A stretch of 64,000 bases of DNA from assembly GCA_032654565.1 (NCBI GenBank), contig JAULAX010000017.1, positions 640,001 through 704,000 of the forward strand. Reading direction: 5' to 3'. Shown here one piece after another: positions 10,875 through 19,503 of this stretch (within the stretch, counting starts at the first letter, position 1; every line of letters starts with the position of its first letter). The position numbers and the translations under genes were made by a program. The notes under the pieces are model-generated. The model did no database searches. It had not been told where the DNA came from and saw only the letters and a list, made by a program, of their open reading frames with translations. Source of the DNA: Anaeromyxobacteraceae bacterium (lineage in GTDB: Bacteria; Myxococcota; Myxococcia; Myxococcales; Anaeromyxobacteraceae).

Positions 10875-12650
10875 ATGACCCGCCTCCCCGTCCACCGCTT
10901 CGCCGACCGCACCCTCCCCGCCCAGCTGGTCCGCACCGTCCAGCGGGCCGGGGATCGGCCCTTCCTCCACTTCTTCGACCCGGCCCTCCCCGAGGCGCCG
11001 CCGCGCCTGGTCAGCTACGCCGCCTTCCGGGAGCTCACCGCCCGGGCGGCGACGCTGCTGGCGCAGAGCGGACTGGCCCCCGGCGAGCGGGTGCTGCTGC
11101 TGGCCGAGAACTCCCCGGAGTGGCTGGCGGTGTCGCTGGCCGCCCAGGCCCTGCGCGCCGAGCCGGCCGGGCTCTTCTCGGTGCTCTCCGCCGAGACCTG
11201 CGAGTCGATCGCCCGCCGGGTGGGGCCACGGGTGATCTACGTCTCCACCGAGGCCCAGTGGCGCAAGCTGGCGCCGGCCGCCGCCGACCTGGTGGCCGCC
11301 GGGCTGCGCACCGTGCTCTCCCACCAGCCGCTCCCCCCCGCCACCCTGCCCGCCGGGCTGCGGGCCGTCACCGTGGCCGAGGCGCTGGGCGAGCGGGCCA
11401 CGCCGCTGGCCGACTTCGACGCCCGCGCCGCCGCGGTGACCGAGGACGACCCCTTCCTGCTCCTCTTCACCAGCGGCACCACCGGCCGGCAGAAGGGGGT
11501 GCGGCTCTGCCAGCGCACCATCACCACCGCCGTCGACTGCGGCGCCGGCGGCTGCGAGACCACCGCCGACGACCTCGGCCTGCACCTGCTCCCCTTCGGC
11601 CACATCGCCGGCCACGACCAGCTCTGCCTGGCCCTGGCCCAGGGGCACGCCCTGGCCATGATCGCCCGCAAGGAGGACGTGCCGCGGGCGCTGGCCCTCT
11701 CCCCCACCTACGTCTTCTCGGTGCCGCTGGTCTACGAGCGGATCCGCAACCAGGCGCTGGCCTCGATCGCCCGGATGGCCTGGCCGCTGCGCCGGCTGCT
11801 CGAGGCCGGCCTGGCGGCCGCGGCCCGGGTGGCGGTGGACGGGTCTCGCGCCCCCCTCGACCGCCTGCTCGGCGCCGTGGCCTCGGCGCTGGTGGGCGGC
11901 AAGGTCCGGCGCGGGCTGGGCGGGCGGGTGCGCGGCCTCTTCTCCGGCGGCGCCCCGGCGGCGGCGGCGCTGTTCCGCTTCTTCGAGGGGCTGGGCATCC
12001 CCTTCGTCGAGCTCTACGGCATGACCGAGACCGCCGGGCTGGTCTCCATGAACCCGCTCAGCGGCCCCCGCCGCGCCGGCTCGGTCGGCCTCATCACCCC
12101 CGACCACCAGGTCCGGCTGGCCGACGACGGCGAGCTGCAGGTGCGCGGGCCGCTGCTGCTCACCAGCTACCTCGAGCCCGAGGACAACGTCGGGGCCTTC
12201 ACCGACGACGGCTACTACCGGACCGGCGACATCGCCCGTATCGACGCCGACGGCGCCCTCTGGATCACCGGGCGGAAGAAGGCCCTCATGGTCCTCTCCA
12301 CCGGCAAGAAGATCGCGCCGGAGCCGGTGGAGCTGGCCATCGCCTCGACGCCGCCCTTCCAGGGGGCGGTGCTGCTCGGCGAGGGGCGCCCCTACGTGAC
12401 CGCGGCGGTCTTCGTGGCCACCGAGGAGCTGACCCGGCTGGCGGCCACCGGCGAGGAGACGCCGGCGGCCCTGCTGGCCGGGCTGGGCGCGGCGCTGGCC
12501 GGCTTCTCCGACCACGAGAAGCCGAAGAAGCTGCTGGTGGTGGCCGGCGCCCCCACCGACTACCCGGAGCTGGTGACCCCGACCCTCAAGGTGAAGCGGG
12601 ACGCCCTGCTCGCCTTCCTGGGGGCGCGGGTGGCGGCGCTGTACCAGTAG
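10875..12650 (+). CDS. AMP-dependent long-chain fatty acid-CoA ligase
   Basis: FTSGTTGRQKG, YGMTET, RTGD and TPTLKVKR motifs; alternative start 10854. Confidence 0.85.
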   Translation: MTRLPVHRFADRTLPAQLVRTVQRAGDRPFLHFFDPALPEAPPRLVSYAAFRELTARAATLLAQSGLAPGERVLLLAENSPEWLAVSLAAQALRAEPAGLFSVLSAETCESIARRVGPRVIYVSTEAQWRKLAPAAADLVAAGLRTVLSHQPLPPATLPAGLRAVTVAEALGERATPLADFDARAAAVTEDDPFLLLFTSGTTGRQKGVRLCQRTITTAVDCGAGGCETTADDLGLHLLPFGHIAGHDQLCLALAQGHALAMIARKEDVPRALALSPTYVFSVPLVYERIRNQALASIARMAWPLRRLLEAGLAAAARVAVDGSRAPLDRLLGAVASALVGGKVRRGLGGRVRGLFSGGAPAAAALFRFFEGLGIPFVELYGMTETAGLVSMNPLSGPRRAGSVGLITPDHQVRLADDGELQVRGPLLLTSYLEPEDNVGAFTDDGYYRTGDIARIDADGALWITGRKKALMVLSTGKKIAPEPVELAIASTPPFQGAVLLGEGRPYVTAAVFVATEELTRLAATGEETPAALLAGLGAALAGFSDHEKPKKLLVVAGAPTDYPELVTPTLKVKRDALLAFLGARVAALYQ

Positions 12651-12665
12651 CGCCGCGCCGTCGCC

Positions 12666-13325
12666 TCAGCCGTCGCCGCTCTCGTCCGGCAGCCCGCCCG
12701 GGTCGAGCGGCTCGGTCGGCGCCGTCCAGCCCGGCCGGTGCCGCGGGCTGCGCCGCGCTCCCTGGGCGCAGGCCAGCTGCAGCTCCACCGCCCGCCGGAA
12801 GGCCAGCCGCAGCGGGGCGTACTTGTCCGGCTCACGCTCCAGCGCCGCCAGGGCCTCGGCCACCGCGTCGATGGTGGCCAGGTGGCCATCCTCCGGCTCG
12901 CGGCGCAGCCCCTGGTAGCTGCTCGGCGCCGCCGCCACCACCCCGACGCGCGGCAGGGCGGCGATGGCCGGGTTGGCGCGGAGCATCTTCAGCGCCTGCG
13001 GCCAGTTGCCGTCGATGACCAGCAGCGTGGCCGGCGGCGAGGTGGCCAGCGCGGCAGCGGGCGTCGAGCCGGGGCCGGGGAAGAGCAGCGCCGTGCCCGG
13101 CGCGGCGCAGAGCTCCCGCACCCGCGGGTGCTCCCCGAAGCGGACCCCCTGGTGCAGCTCCGAGCCGGCCAGCGCCACGTGGGTGAGCCGGGCCGAGCAG
13201 ATGGAGAGCCGCGCCTCGCGGGGGTGCTGCAGGATGACCACCCGGATCCGCGGGGTCAGCGTCGGCAACAGGTCGCAGACGCAGAAGGCCTCGGGGCGCA
13301 GGCAGCGGCGGCAGTCGGCGCGCAC
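12666..13325 (-). CDS. DTW-domain protein (TapT/YfiP-like tRNA aminocarboxypropyltransferase)
   Basis: CRRCLRPEAFCVC zinc motif, ILQHPRE, LLFPG, IDGNW (variant of DxTW), LATIDA. Confidence 0.8.
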   Translation of the reverse strand: MRADCRRCLRPEAFCVCDLLPTLTPRIRVVILQHPREARLSICSARLTHVALAGSELHQGVRFGEHPRVRELCAAPGTALLFPGPGSTPAAALATSPPATLLVIDGNWPQALKMLRANPAIAALPRVGVVAAAPSSYQGLRREPEDGHLATIDAVAEALAALEREPDKYAPLRLAFRRAVELQLACAQGARRSPRHRPGWTAPTEPLDPGGLPDESGDG

Positions 13326-13338
13326 GGCGGGCTCCGGC

Positions 13339-13782
13339 CTAGCGCTGGACCAGGAAGACGCCGGCCGCCAGCAGGGCCACGCCGGCCAGCCGCCCCGGGG
13401 TGACCTCGCGGGTGGCCAGCCCCAGCGCGCCGGTGTGGTCGAGGGCCAGCGCCGAGAGCAGCTGGCCGGCCAGGATGACCGCCAGCGAGGTGGCCACCCC
13501 CAGCCGCGGCGTCAGCACCACCGTGGAGAAGACGAAGAACGCCCCCAGGGCCCCGCCGGTCCAGCTCCACCACGGGGCGGCCGAGAGCTGGGCGGCGGAG
13601 GGGAGCGGCGTCCGCCGCACCAGCAGGACCAGGGCGATGGCGGCGGTGCCGACGCCGAAGCTGACCAGGGTGGCCCACTCGGGGCGCCCCAGGTGCTGTC
13701 GGAGGGCCGAGTTGAGGCTGGCCTGGACCGGGATGCCTGAGCCGGCCAGCAGGCCGAGCAGGACGAGCAGGAGGGTCTCCAT
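13339..13782 (-). CDS. DMT family transporter (YdcZ/DUF606-like)
   Basis: Q..LN..L, WWSWTGGALG, GQLLSALALDHTG motifs; 5 TM segments. Confidence 0.85.
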   Translation of the reverse strand: METLLLVLLGLLAGSGIPVQASLNSALRQHLGRPEWATLVSFGVGTAAIALVLLVRRTPLPSAAQLSAAPWWSWTGGALGAFFVFSTVVLTPRLGVATSLAVILAGQLLSALALDHTGALGLATREVTPGRLAGVALLAAGVFLVQR

Positions 13783-13924
13783 CCCGTCCTTCTACCCCAC
13801 ATCCGCCCACACCGGACCCCGGGGACGCGGCGTCACGCCGCGCCGGCCGGTCGGTGACTTTCCGGTGCCAATGTCAGTCCCCTTGAGTAGGGTGCGCCGT
13901 CGTCCACTTCCAACCGAGGAACGA

Positions 13925-14734
13925 ATGCCCCTCCACCGCGTGAAGTCGTCCGCCGTCCGCCTGCTGGCCGCCCTCTCCCTCGCCGCGCTGCTGGCCCCCG
14001 CCGCAGCCCAGGCCGAGTTCGGGACCACCAACATCCAGGTCCTGCAGGGCTACAAGTTCAACGACAACCTGCTCGGCTACGACACCCGCTCGGGCACCAT
14101 GACCACCGTCACGCTGAACCACTTCAGCACCTGGAAGTACGGCGACAACTTCCTCTTCGCCGACTTCTACCGGGGCAACTTCAAGGACGGCAAGGGCGCC
14201 AGCATCTACGGCGAGTGGCACCCCCGCCTCTTCCTCAACAAGCTCGGCGCCCCGACCGGCGGCTTCGTCAAGAACTGGGGCATCGCCGGCGAGATCAACA
14301 ACGGCCCGGCCTTCCAGGCGGTCATGGCCGGCCTCGGGCTGGACCTCGCCATCCCCGGCTTCCAGGTGGCCGGCCTCAACGTCTATTACCGGTACGACAC
14401 GGTCTTCATCCCCGGCGTCACCCGGATCGACACCAACACCTGGCAGATCTCGCCCTTCTGGGACCTCCCCTTCAAGATCGGCCCGACCAGCTGGACCTTC
14501 ACCGGCTTCCTCGACCTGACCACCAACCACGACAAGAAGCTCGACCTGATGACCCAGCCGCAGCTGCTGCTCGACGTCGGCGCCTTCTACGGCAACCCGG
14601 GCAAGTTCCACGCCGGCGTGGAGCTCTACATCCACCAGTACGAGAACTTCGCCTTCCTCGGCGGCGGCACCAAGACGGTCTTCGCCCCCCAGGTGATGAT
14701 CCAGTGGACGCCCTTCACCGCGTTCGTCCCGTAG
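13925..14734 (+). CDS. Outer-membrane nucleoside channel, Tsx/OmpK-like
   Basis: Signal peptide ending AQA; WKYGDNFLFAD, YGEWHPRL, FTGFLD, QPQLLLDVG; GAGGA SD; upstream of uracil permease. Confidence 0.7.
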   Translation: MPLHRVKSSAVRLLAALSLAALLAPAAAQAEFGTTNIQVLQGYKFNDNLLGYDTRSGTMTTVTLNHFSTWKYGDNFLFADFYRGNFKDGKGASIYGEWHPRLFLNKLGAPTGGFVKNWGIAGEINNGPAFQAVMAGLGLDLAIPGFQVAGLNVYYRYDTVFIPGVTRIDTNTWQISPFWDLPFKIGPTSWTFTGFLDLTTNHDKKLDLMTQPQLLLDVGAFYGNPGKFHAGVELYIHQYENFAFLGGGTKTVFAPQVMIQWTPFTAFVP

Positions 14735-14827
14735 CCGGCCTCACCCCCTGAAGCTCCTCGGCGACCATCGGGCCACCCGGTGGTCGCCTTTCCACATCCA
14801 CGCCTGAACCTCCCCGGGGTACCACCC

Positions 14828-16114
14828 ATGACCACGCCGCGGACCATCCAGATCGAGGAGCGGGTCCCGCTCCTGCAGGCCATCCCGCTCTCGCTGCAGC
14901 ACCTCTTCGCCATGTTCGGCGCCACCGTGCTGGTGCCGCTGCTGGTCGGGCTCCACCCCTCGGTGACGCTCTTCACCAGCGGCGTCGGCACCCTGCTCTA
15001 CATCCTCATCACCAAGGGGAAGATCCCGGCCTACCTGGGCTCCTCCTTCGCCTTCATCGCCGCCATCGCCTCGATCACCCACGCCTCCTTCGGCACCCCG
15101 TCGAGCGACGCGCTGATCGCCGTCGCCATGGGCGGCTGCATCGCGGTCGGCGTCATCTACCTGCTGGTGGCGCTGGCCGTCGGCAAGTTCGGGACCGGCT
15201 GGATCAACCGCCTCCTGCCGCCGGTGGTGATCGGCCCGGTGGTGATGGTGATCGGCCTCGGCCTGGCCCAGGTGGCCGTGGCCATGGCCACCACCGGCAG
15301 CGGCGTGGCCGCCAACGTCTTCAACCCGGCCCTCTTCCGCGGCGACTTCTTCGCCGTGGCCATGGTGGCGCTGGTGATCGCCATCCTGGCGGCCCAGTAC
15401 CTGACCGGCTTCCTCGGGGTCATCCCCATCCTCATCGGCGTCATCGGCGGCTACGTGGTGGCGCTGCTGGCCGGCCAGGTGAAGCTGGACGCGGTGGCCT
15501 CGGCCGGCCTCTTCGCCGTCCCCCACTTCGTCCTCCCCACCTTCGACCTGGGCGCCATCATCCTGCTGGCGCCCATCTCGCTGGTGGTGATCACCGAGCA
15601 CATCGGCCACCTCATCGTCACCAACAACGTGGTGGGCCGCGACCTGGTCAAGGATCCCGGCCTGCACCGGTCGCTGGCCGGCGACGGCGCCGCGGTGATC
15701 TTCTCCGGCCTGCTGGGCGGCCCGCCCAACACCACCTACGGCGAGAACATCGGCGTCATGGCGGTGACCCGGGTCTTCTCGGTCTGGGTCATCGGCGGCG
15801 CGGCGGTCATGGCCATCGCCATGTCGTTCCTGCCCAAGGTGGGCGCGCTGATCGGCTCGATCCCGGTCCACGTCATGGGCGGCATCTGCATCCTGCTCTT
15901 CGGGATCATCGCCTCGGCCGGCGTGCGCATGATGGTCGAGGACAAGACCGACTTCTCGCAGAAGCGGAACCTGATCATCGTCTCGGTCATCCTGGTGATC
16001 GGCATCGGCGGCGCCAAGCTCCACTTCGGCGCCACCGAGATCGGCGAGATGTCGCTGGCCACCTACGTCGGCGTGCTGCTCAACCTGGTCCTGCCAAAGG
16101 GGGCGAAGGCCTGA
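14828..16114 (+). CDS. uraA: Uracil/xanthine permease (NCS2 family, UraA)
   Basis: LQHLFAMFGATVLVP, YLGSSFAF, EHIGH, PPNTTYGENIG signature. Confidence 0.9.
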   Translation: MTTPRTIQIEERVPLLQAIPLSLQHLFAMFGATVLVPLLVGLHPSVTLFTSGVGTLLYILITKGKIPAYLGSSFAFIAAIASITHASFGTPSSDALIAVAMGGCIAVGVIYLLVALAVGKFGTGWINRLLPPVVIGPVVMVIGLGLAQVAVAMATTGSGVAANVFNPALFRGDFFAVAMVALVIAILAAQYLTGFLGVIPILIGVIGGYVVALLAGQVKLDAVASAGLFAVPHFVLPTFDLGAIILLAPISLVVITEHIGHLIVTNNVVGRDLVKDPGLHRSLAGDGAAVIFSGLLGGPPNTTYGENIGVMAVTRVFSVWVIGGAAVMAIAMSFLPKVGALIGSIPVHVMGGICILLFGIIASAGVRMMVEDKTDFSQKRNLIIVSVILVIGIGGAKLHFGATEIGEMSLATYVGVLLNLVLPKGAKA

Positions 16115-16156
16115 TCGTGCTGGCGCCGGCTTCTGGTGGCGCCAGCGCAAGCTTCG
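16112..16156 (+). repeat. Stop-codon-anchored palindromic element, copy 1
   Basis: TGATCGTGCTGGCGCCG-GCTTCTGG-TGGCGCCAGCGCAAGCTTCG; begins at the uraA TGA. Confidence 0.8.
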
Positions 16157-16172
16157 TCACCTTCTCCTGCAC

Positions 16173-16214
16173 AAAATGAGGCCCGCGTTCCCACCTCGGG
16201 GACGCGGGCCTTTT
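16173..16214. terminator. Bidirectional intrinsic terminator between uraA and upp
   Basis: AAAA-TG-AGGCCCGCGTTCCC-ACCTC-GGGGACGCGGGCCT-TTT. Confidence 0.8.
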
Positions 16215-16233
16215 CACGGGCGGAAGATGCTGT

Positions 16234-16278
16234 CGCATCTTGCGTCGGGGCTGCGAGAAGCCAGCCCCGACGCGATTA
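16234..16278 (-). repeat. Stop-codon-anchored palindromic element, copy 2
   Basis: Minus strand TAATCGCGTCGGGGCTG-GCTTCTCG-CAGCCCCGACGCAAGATGCG; begins at the upp TAA; 40/41 nt identical to copy 3. Confidence 0.85.
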
Positions 16279-17091
16279 GACAAACGCGTTATTCATGATC
16301 TCCCCGAACCCACCTCCGCCGGGGACGATGTACTGGTGGTCATCGAGCCCGCGCTCCTCCGCCCAGCGGGTGCCGGGGACGGTGTCGAGCACGTCGGGCG
16401 CCGAGAGGCCGCGGTCGACGCGCAGGGCGTAGACCAGCACCTCGGGGTGGGCGGTGGTCATGGTCTTCAGGTACTCGGGGGTGACGATCAGGTGGATGTT
16501 GATGATCCGCTTCGGCGTCCCCGGGACCTTCTTCTTGTAGGTGTCGATGGCGGTGGCCAGCGAGCCGCCGGTGGCGCCCATGGGGTCGGGGAAGAGCAGG
16601 AAGGCGTGATCGACGTCGCCGCCGATCTTCATCCCGCCGATGCCGGCGCCCACCACCTGGTCCTGGTCGCCCAGCATGCGGCTCATGATGATGTGGTCCT
16701 GGCGGACCAGCGTCGGGTCGAGCGTCTCGTTGAGCAGGTCGTAGGCCACCTGCGAGGGCACGGCGCCGGCCCGGGCGATGTTGACGGTCACCACCCTCAC
16801 CTGCCGGTCCACCACCTCGCCCTCGAAGATGGCGCGGGGCGAGGAGTCGATCATCCGGGTCGGCACCGAGACGCGGCGGCGGGGGAACTCGGCGGCGATG
16901 ACGGTGCGGACCAGGTCCTCGTAGAGGATGCGGACCAGCCGGTTGATGCTGGGCTGCACCGTCTCCTTGGCGCAGAGGGTGGCGAGGTGGCCGAGCAGGA
17001 ACGGATTGGCCAGGATGTGGACGTTCTGGCCGTAGCGGTGCTCGATCTCGCTGAGGCGATACGGGATGGTGACGTAGGCGCGATCTCTCAT
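16276..17091 (-). CDS. upp: Uracil phosphoribosyltransferase (divergent type)
   Basis: IARAG, PRPP-binding PDPMGATGGS, C-terminal YIVPGGGGFG; convergent with uraA. Confidence 0.8.
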   Translation of the reverse strand: MRDRAYVTIPYRLSEIEHRYGQNVHILANPFLLGHLATLCAKETVQPSINRLVRILYEDLVRTVIAAEFPRRRVSVPTRMIDSSPRAIFEGEVVDRQVRVVTVNIARAGAVPSQVAYDLLNETLDPTLVRQDHIIMSRMLGDQDQVVGAGIGGMKIGGDVDHAFLLFPDPMGATGGSLATAIDTYKKKVPGTPKRIINIHLIVTPEYLKTMTTAHPEVLVYALRVDRGLSAPDVLDTVPGTRWAEERGLDDHQYIVPGGGGFGEIMNNAFV

Positions 17092-17136
17092 GGCCGGAGC
17101 ATACCCCTGCCCCGGCCGGCGCGGCGACGCCTCACG

Positions 17137-17292
17137 GTGAGCGCGCCGCCCGCCACCGAGGCCCCACCGGCCGCCAAGTTCGCCATCGAGCGGCCTACCC
17201 TGCGCGCCAAGGTGGCCGTCCCGGTGGTGCTCGGCGGCCTGGCCGTGGGGCTCAACCTGGTCGGCCGCGGCCTCCTCGGCCTGGCCTACTGA
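17137..17292 (+). CDS. Putative 51-aa single-TM small protein
   Basis: GTG start, almost all codons end in G/C, hydrophobic C-terminal half (VAVPVVLGGLAVGLNLVG). Confidence 0.4.
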   Translation: MSAPPATEAPPAAKFAIERPTLRAKVAVPVVLGGLAVGLNLVGRGLLGLAY

Positions 17293-17307
17293 GCGGGCTG
17301 ATCGGGC

Positions 17308-17754
17308 TCACCCCTCCTCGGCGCTGCGGTAGAGCCAGGCCGGTGGCTGGTCCTGCCCGGAGTCGACCCCCTCGGCCCGCGCTCCGGCCGAGGCCTTCTG
17401 CGCCGGCAGCCCCAGCATCAGCCTGGACCGCCGCGCGCTCGCCTGCAGGCTGACCTCGAGGATGCGGGCCGCCTGCTCCAGCTCGACCGGCTCGAGCATG
17501 GAGACCATGACCACGCGGAAGGCCTCCAGCCGCCGCTCCAGCCCGGCGATCCGGTTGGCGGCCTGCTCGATGGTCAGCGACACCGGCACCACCGGGTCCA
17601 CCGGCTTCTGCAGCAGGCCCGACTTGCGACGCCACCTGCTCAGGGTCAGCTCGGAGACGCCGAAGCGGCGGCAGACCTCGGGGACCCGGACCCCGGCCTC
17701 GAGCGCCTGCAGGGCCTCGGAGACCTCGGCCGGACTGAAGCGCTTCCTGGTCAT
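17308..17754 (-). CDS. Stand-alone HTH protein resembling IS3-family (IS407 group) transposase OrfA
   Basis: MTRKRFS...EAGVRVPEVCRRFGVSELTLSRWRRK; strong AGGAGG SD; no DDE orfB adjacent. Confidence 0.7.
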   Translation of the reverse strand: MTRKRFSPAEVSEALQALEAGVRVPEVCRRFGVSELTLSRWRRKSGLLQKPVDPVVPVSLTIEQAANRIAGLERRLEAFRVVMVSMLEPVELEQAARILEVSLQASARRSRLMLGLPAQKASAGARAEGVDSGQDQPPAWLYRSAEEG

Positions 17755-18016
17755 GACGGCTCCTCCTGGTGGAGTGAGCCGGTGCTGCTGAAGATGGAGA
17801 ACATGCCTCGACCTCGAACTGGAGAGTGAACACCGCGACCACAACCACCTCGGCGCGGGTCAACCGGCGCGGGGACGGCCACGGCGCCGCGGCCCGGCAT
17901 GGGCGCGACGACACGGAGTTCCTTGCGCGGACCGACCCGGACCCCTCGCGCGCGCACGCACGCCCCGGACGTCCGTCGCCGGACCTCCGGGGATCAGCTG
18001 GCGTGGCGCTGCGGGG

Positions 18017-18496
18017 CTAGGCGCGTCGGGGAGGCGGCGTCTCCGGCTCTCGCAGCGGCGAGAGGACCAGCTGGCGGGCCACCGCCACCTCGGCGATGGC
18101 CTCGCGCTCCGACACCTGCCAGGCCGGCGGGACCGTGAAGCGCTCGCTGGCTGGAGGGGGGCGGATCCGTCCGTCCCCGGTGCCGCAGGTGGAGGTCAGG
18201 CAGGGGGCCGCCGCGGCACGCCGCTTGGCCGATTGGTCGGCCTCGGTGCGCGCCTTGGCCGCCAGGGCCCGGTGACAGGCCGGCAGGCTGGGGTCGACGG
18301 CCGCAGACTTGCCCAGGCGGGCCGCCTCGGCGTGGCAGAGCGGGCAGTCGCACTCGTGCTTGCCGCTGCGCACCGGGCACTGGCAGCGGTGGCCGACCCG
18401 TTCCGGGGGCTCGATGAGCTGCGGGGCGCCGGACAGGATCACCGCCACCGAGACGGCGGCGAACTGGCTGATGATCCTGGAGGCAACGCCGAGCAC
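18017..18496 (-). CDS. Cys/His-rich exported small protein with C-terminal PETPPPR
   Basis: GTG 18496 with GAGGT upstream; hydrophobic N-terminus; HRCQCP...HECDCPLCH...PACH...PCLTSTCG; start uncertain. Confidence 0.6.
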   Translation of the reverse strand: MLGVASRIISQFAAVSVAVILSGAPQLIEPPERVGHRCQCPVRSGKHECDCPLCHAEAARLGKSAAVDPSLPACHRALAAKARTEADQSAKRRAAAAPCLTSTCGTGDGRIRPPPASERFTVPPAWQVSEREAIAEVAVARQLVLSPLREPETPPPRRA

Positions 18497-18510
18497 GTGG
18501 GGAGCGTACC

Positions 18511-19503
18511 TCAAAGTCGGAGGCTGGACGAGAGCACCAGCCAGGTGACCAGCGCCGCGAAGGCGCCGAGCAGGACCGCCGACGCGCCGGCCAGCCGCCG
18601 CTGCAGCACCGGCAGCCCCTCCGCCAGGCTGGGGACGGCCCGAAAGGGGGCCAGCACCCCCACCCCCATGGCCGCGACGCAGCCGAGGAGGAGGGTGGCG
18701 TAGAGCGGGTAGCCGACCCGGTGGTACTCGCCCTGCAGCAGGCAGAACGGGCAGTGGTGGGTGGGCAGCTCGTAGACGAAGGGGGAGACGAAGGCGATCA
18801 CCGCCACCAGCGAGGCCGGCAGGGCCGCGGCGCCGAGCAGCGCCAGCGCCACGGCGCCTCGACCGCGCCGCAGGAAGAGGACCGCGGCCGCCACCGCGCC
18901 CCCCACCGTCGCGTAGAGCAGCACCGCGGCCAGCCGGGGCGACACCGCCGCCAGCCCGGCGCCCAGGCCGCGGCCGGCGCGGCTGAAGAGGCTGCCGCAG
19001 CAGGAGGTGATCACCTCGGGGTGCAGCCCCCGGAACCAGGCCAGCTCGCGCAGCGCCGCCCAGGCCACCAGCGGGGCCAGCGCCAGCAGCAGGGCGTACT
19101 TCACCCGGAGCAGCGGGGCGTCGTGGCCGAGCCGGTCGGCGTGGTCGAGCACCAGCCAGAGCCCGGCCGCCACCGCCGCCGCCAGCATCAGCAGCAGCGC
19201 CGGGGAGCCGTGGGCGTTGGCCTGGAGCGCGCCCGCGGCGCACATGGCCCCGCTGAGCTGGGGGGCCAGCGCGTCGGCTGTGAAGATGAAAAGAAAGAAG
19301 GAGACCACCTGGAACGCCAGGGCGTGCCCCAGCAGCGTCGTCACCAGGGCGGTGCGCCGCTCCAGCGCCAGCTGCCGCTCCGAGCCGCTCAGCGGGTCCC
19401 AGCCCCGCAGGATGACCGCCCCGTGGACCGCCGCCGCCCCCACCAGCACCGCCCCCACCGCGGCGCCGCCGGCCAGGGCGATCACCGCCGGGTTGAGGAT
19501 CAT
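18511..19503 (-). CDS. Polytopic membrane protein with Cys/His motifs
   Basis: About 8 TM segments; GAMCAAG, TSCCGSLF and YELPTHHCPFC; ATGA-coupled to ABC ATPase. Confidence 0.75.
   Translation of the reverse strand: MILNPAVIALAGGAAVGAVLVGAAAVHGAVILRGWDPLSGSERQLALERRTALVTTLLGHALAFQVVSFFLFIFTADALAPQLSGAMCAAGALQANAHGSPALLLMLAAAVAAGLWLVLDHADRLGHDAPLLRVKYALLLALAPLVAWAALRELAWFRGLHPEVITSCCGSLFSRAGRGLGAGLAAVSPRLAAVLLYATVGGAVAAAVLFLRRGRGAVALALLGAAALPASLVAVIAFVSPFVYELPTHHCPFCLLQGEYHRVGYPLYATLLLGCVAAMGVGVLAPFRAVPSLAEGLPVLQRRLAGASAVLLGAFAALVTWLVLSSSLRL

Noticed and set aside
13783..13924. PyrR-binding attenuator upstream of tsx/uraA
   Set aside because: AGTCC is present but not followed by the NGNGAGGYT consensus, and no terminator hairpin is evident
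16112..16156. TGA followed by a hairpin as a SECIS / selenocysteine readthrough signal
   Set aside because: Copies 2 and 3 follow TAA, UraA is complete at this stop, and the hairpin starts immediately rather than about 11 nt downstream
16234..16278. Element as a classical integron attC site
   Set aside because: No RYYYAAC...GTTRRRY ends, shorter than known attC sites, attached to core genes, and no integrase in the window
17308..17754. Active IS3-family insertion sequence
   Set aside because: No DDE transposase ORF, terminal inverted repeats or target duplication seen
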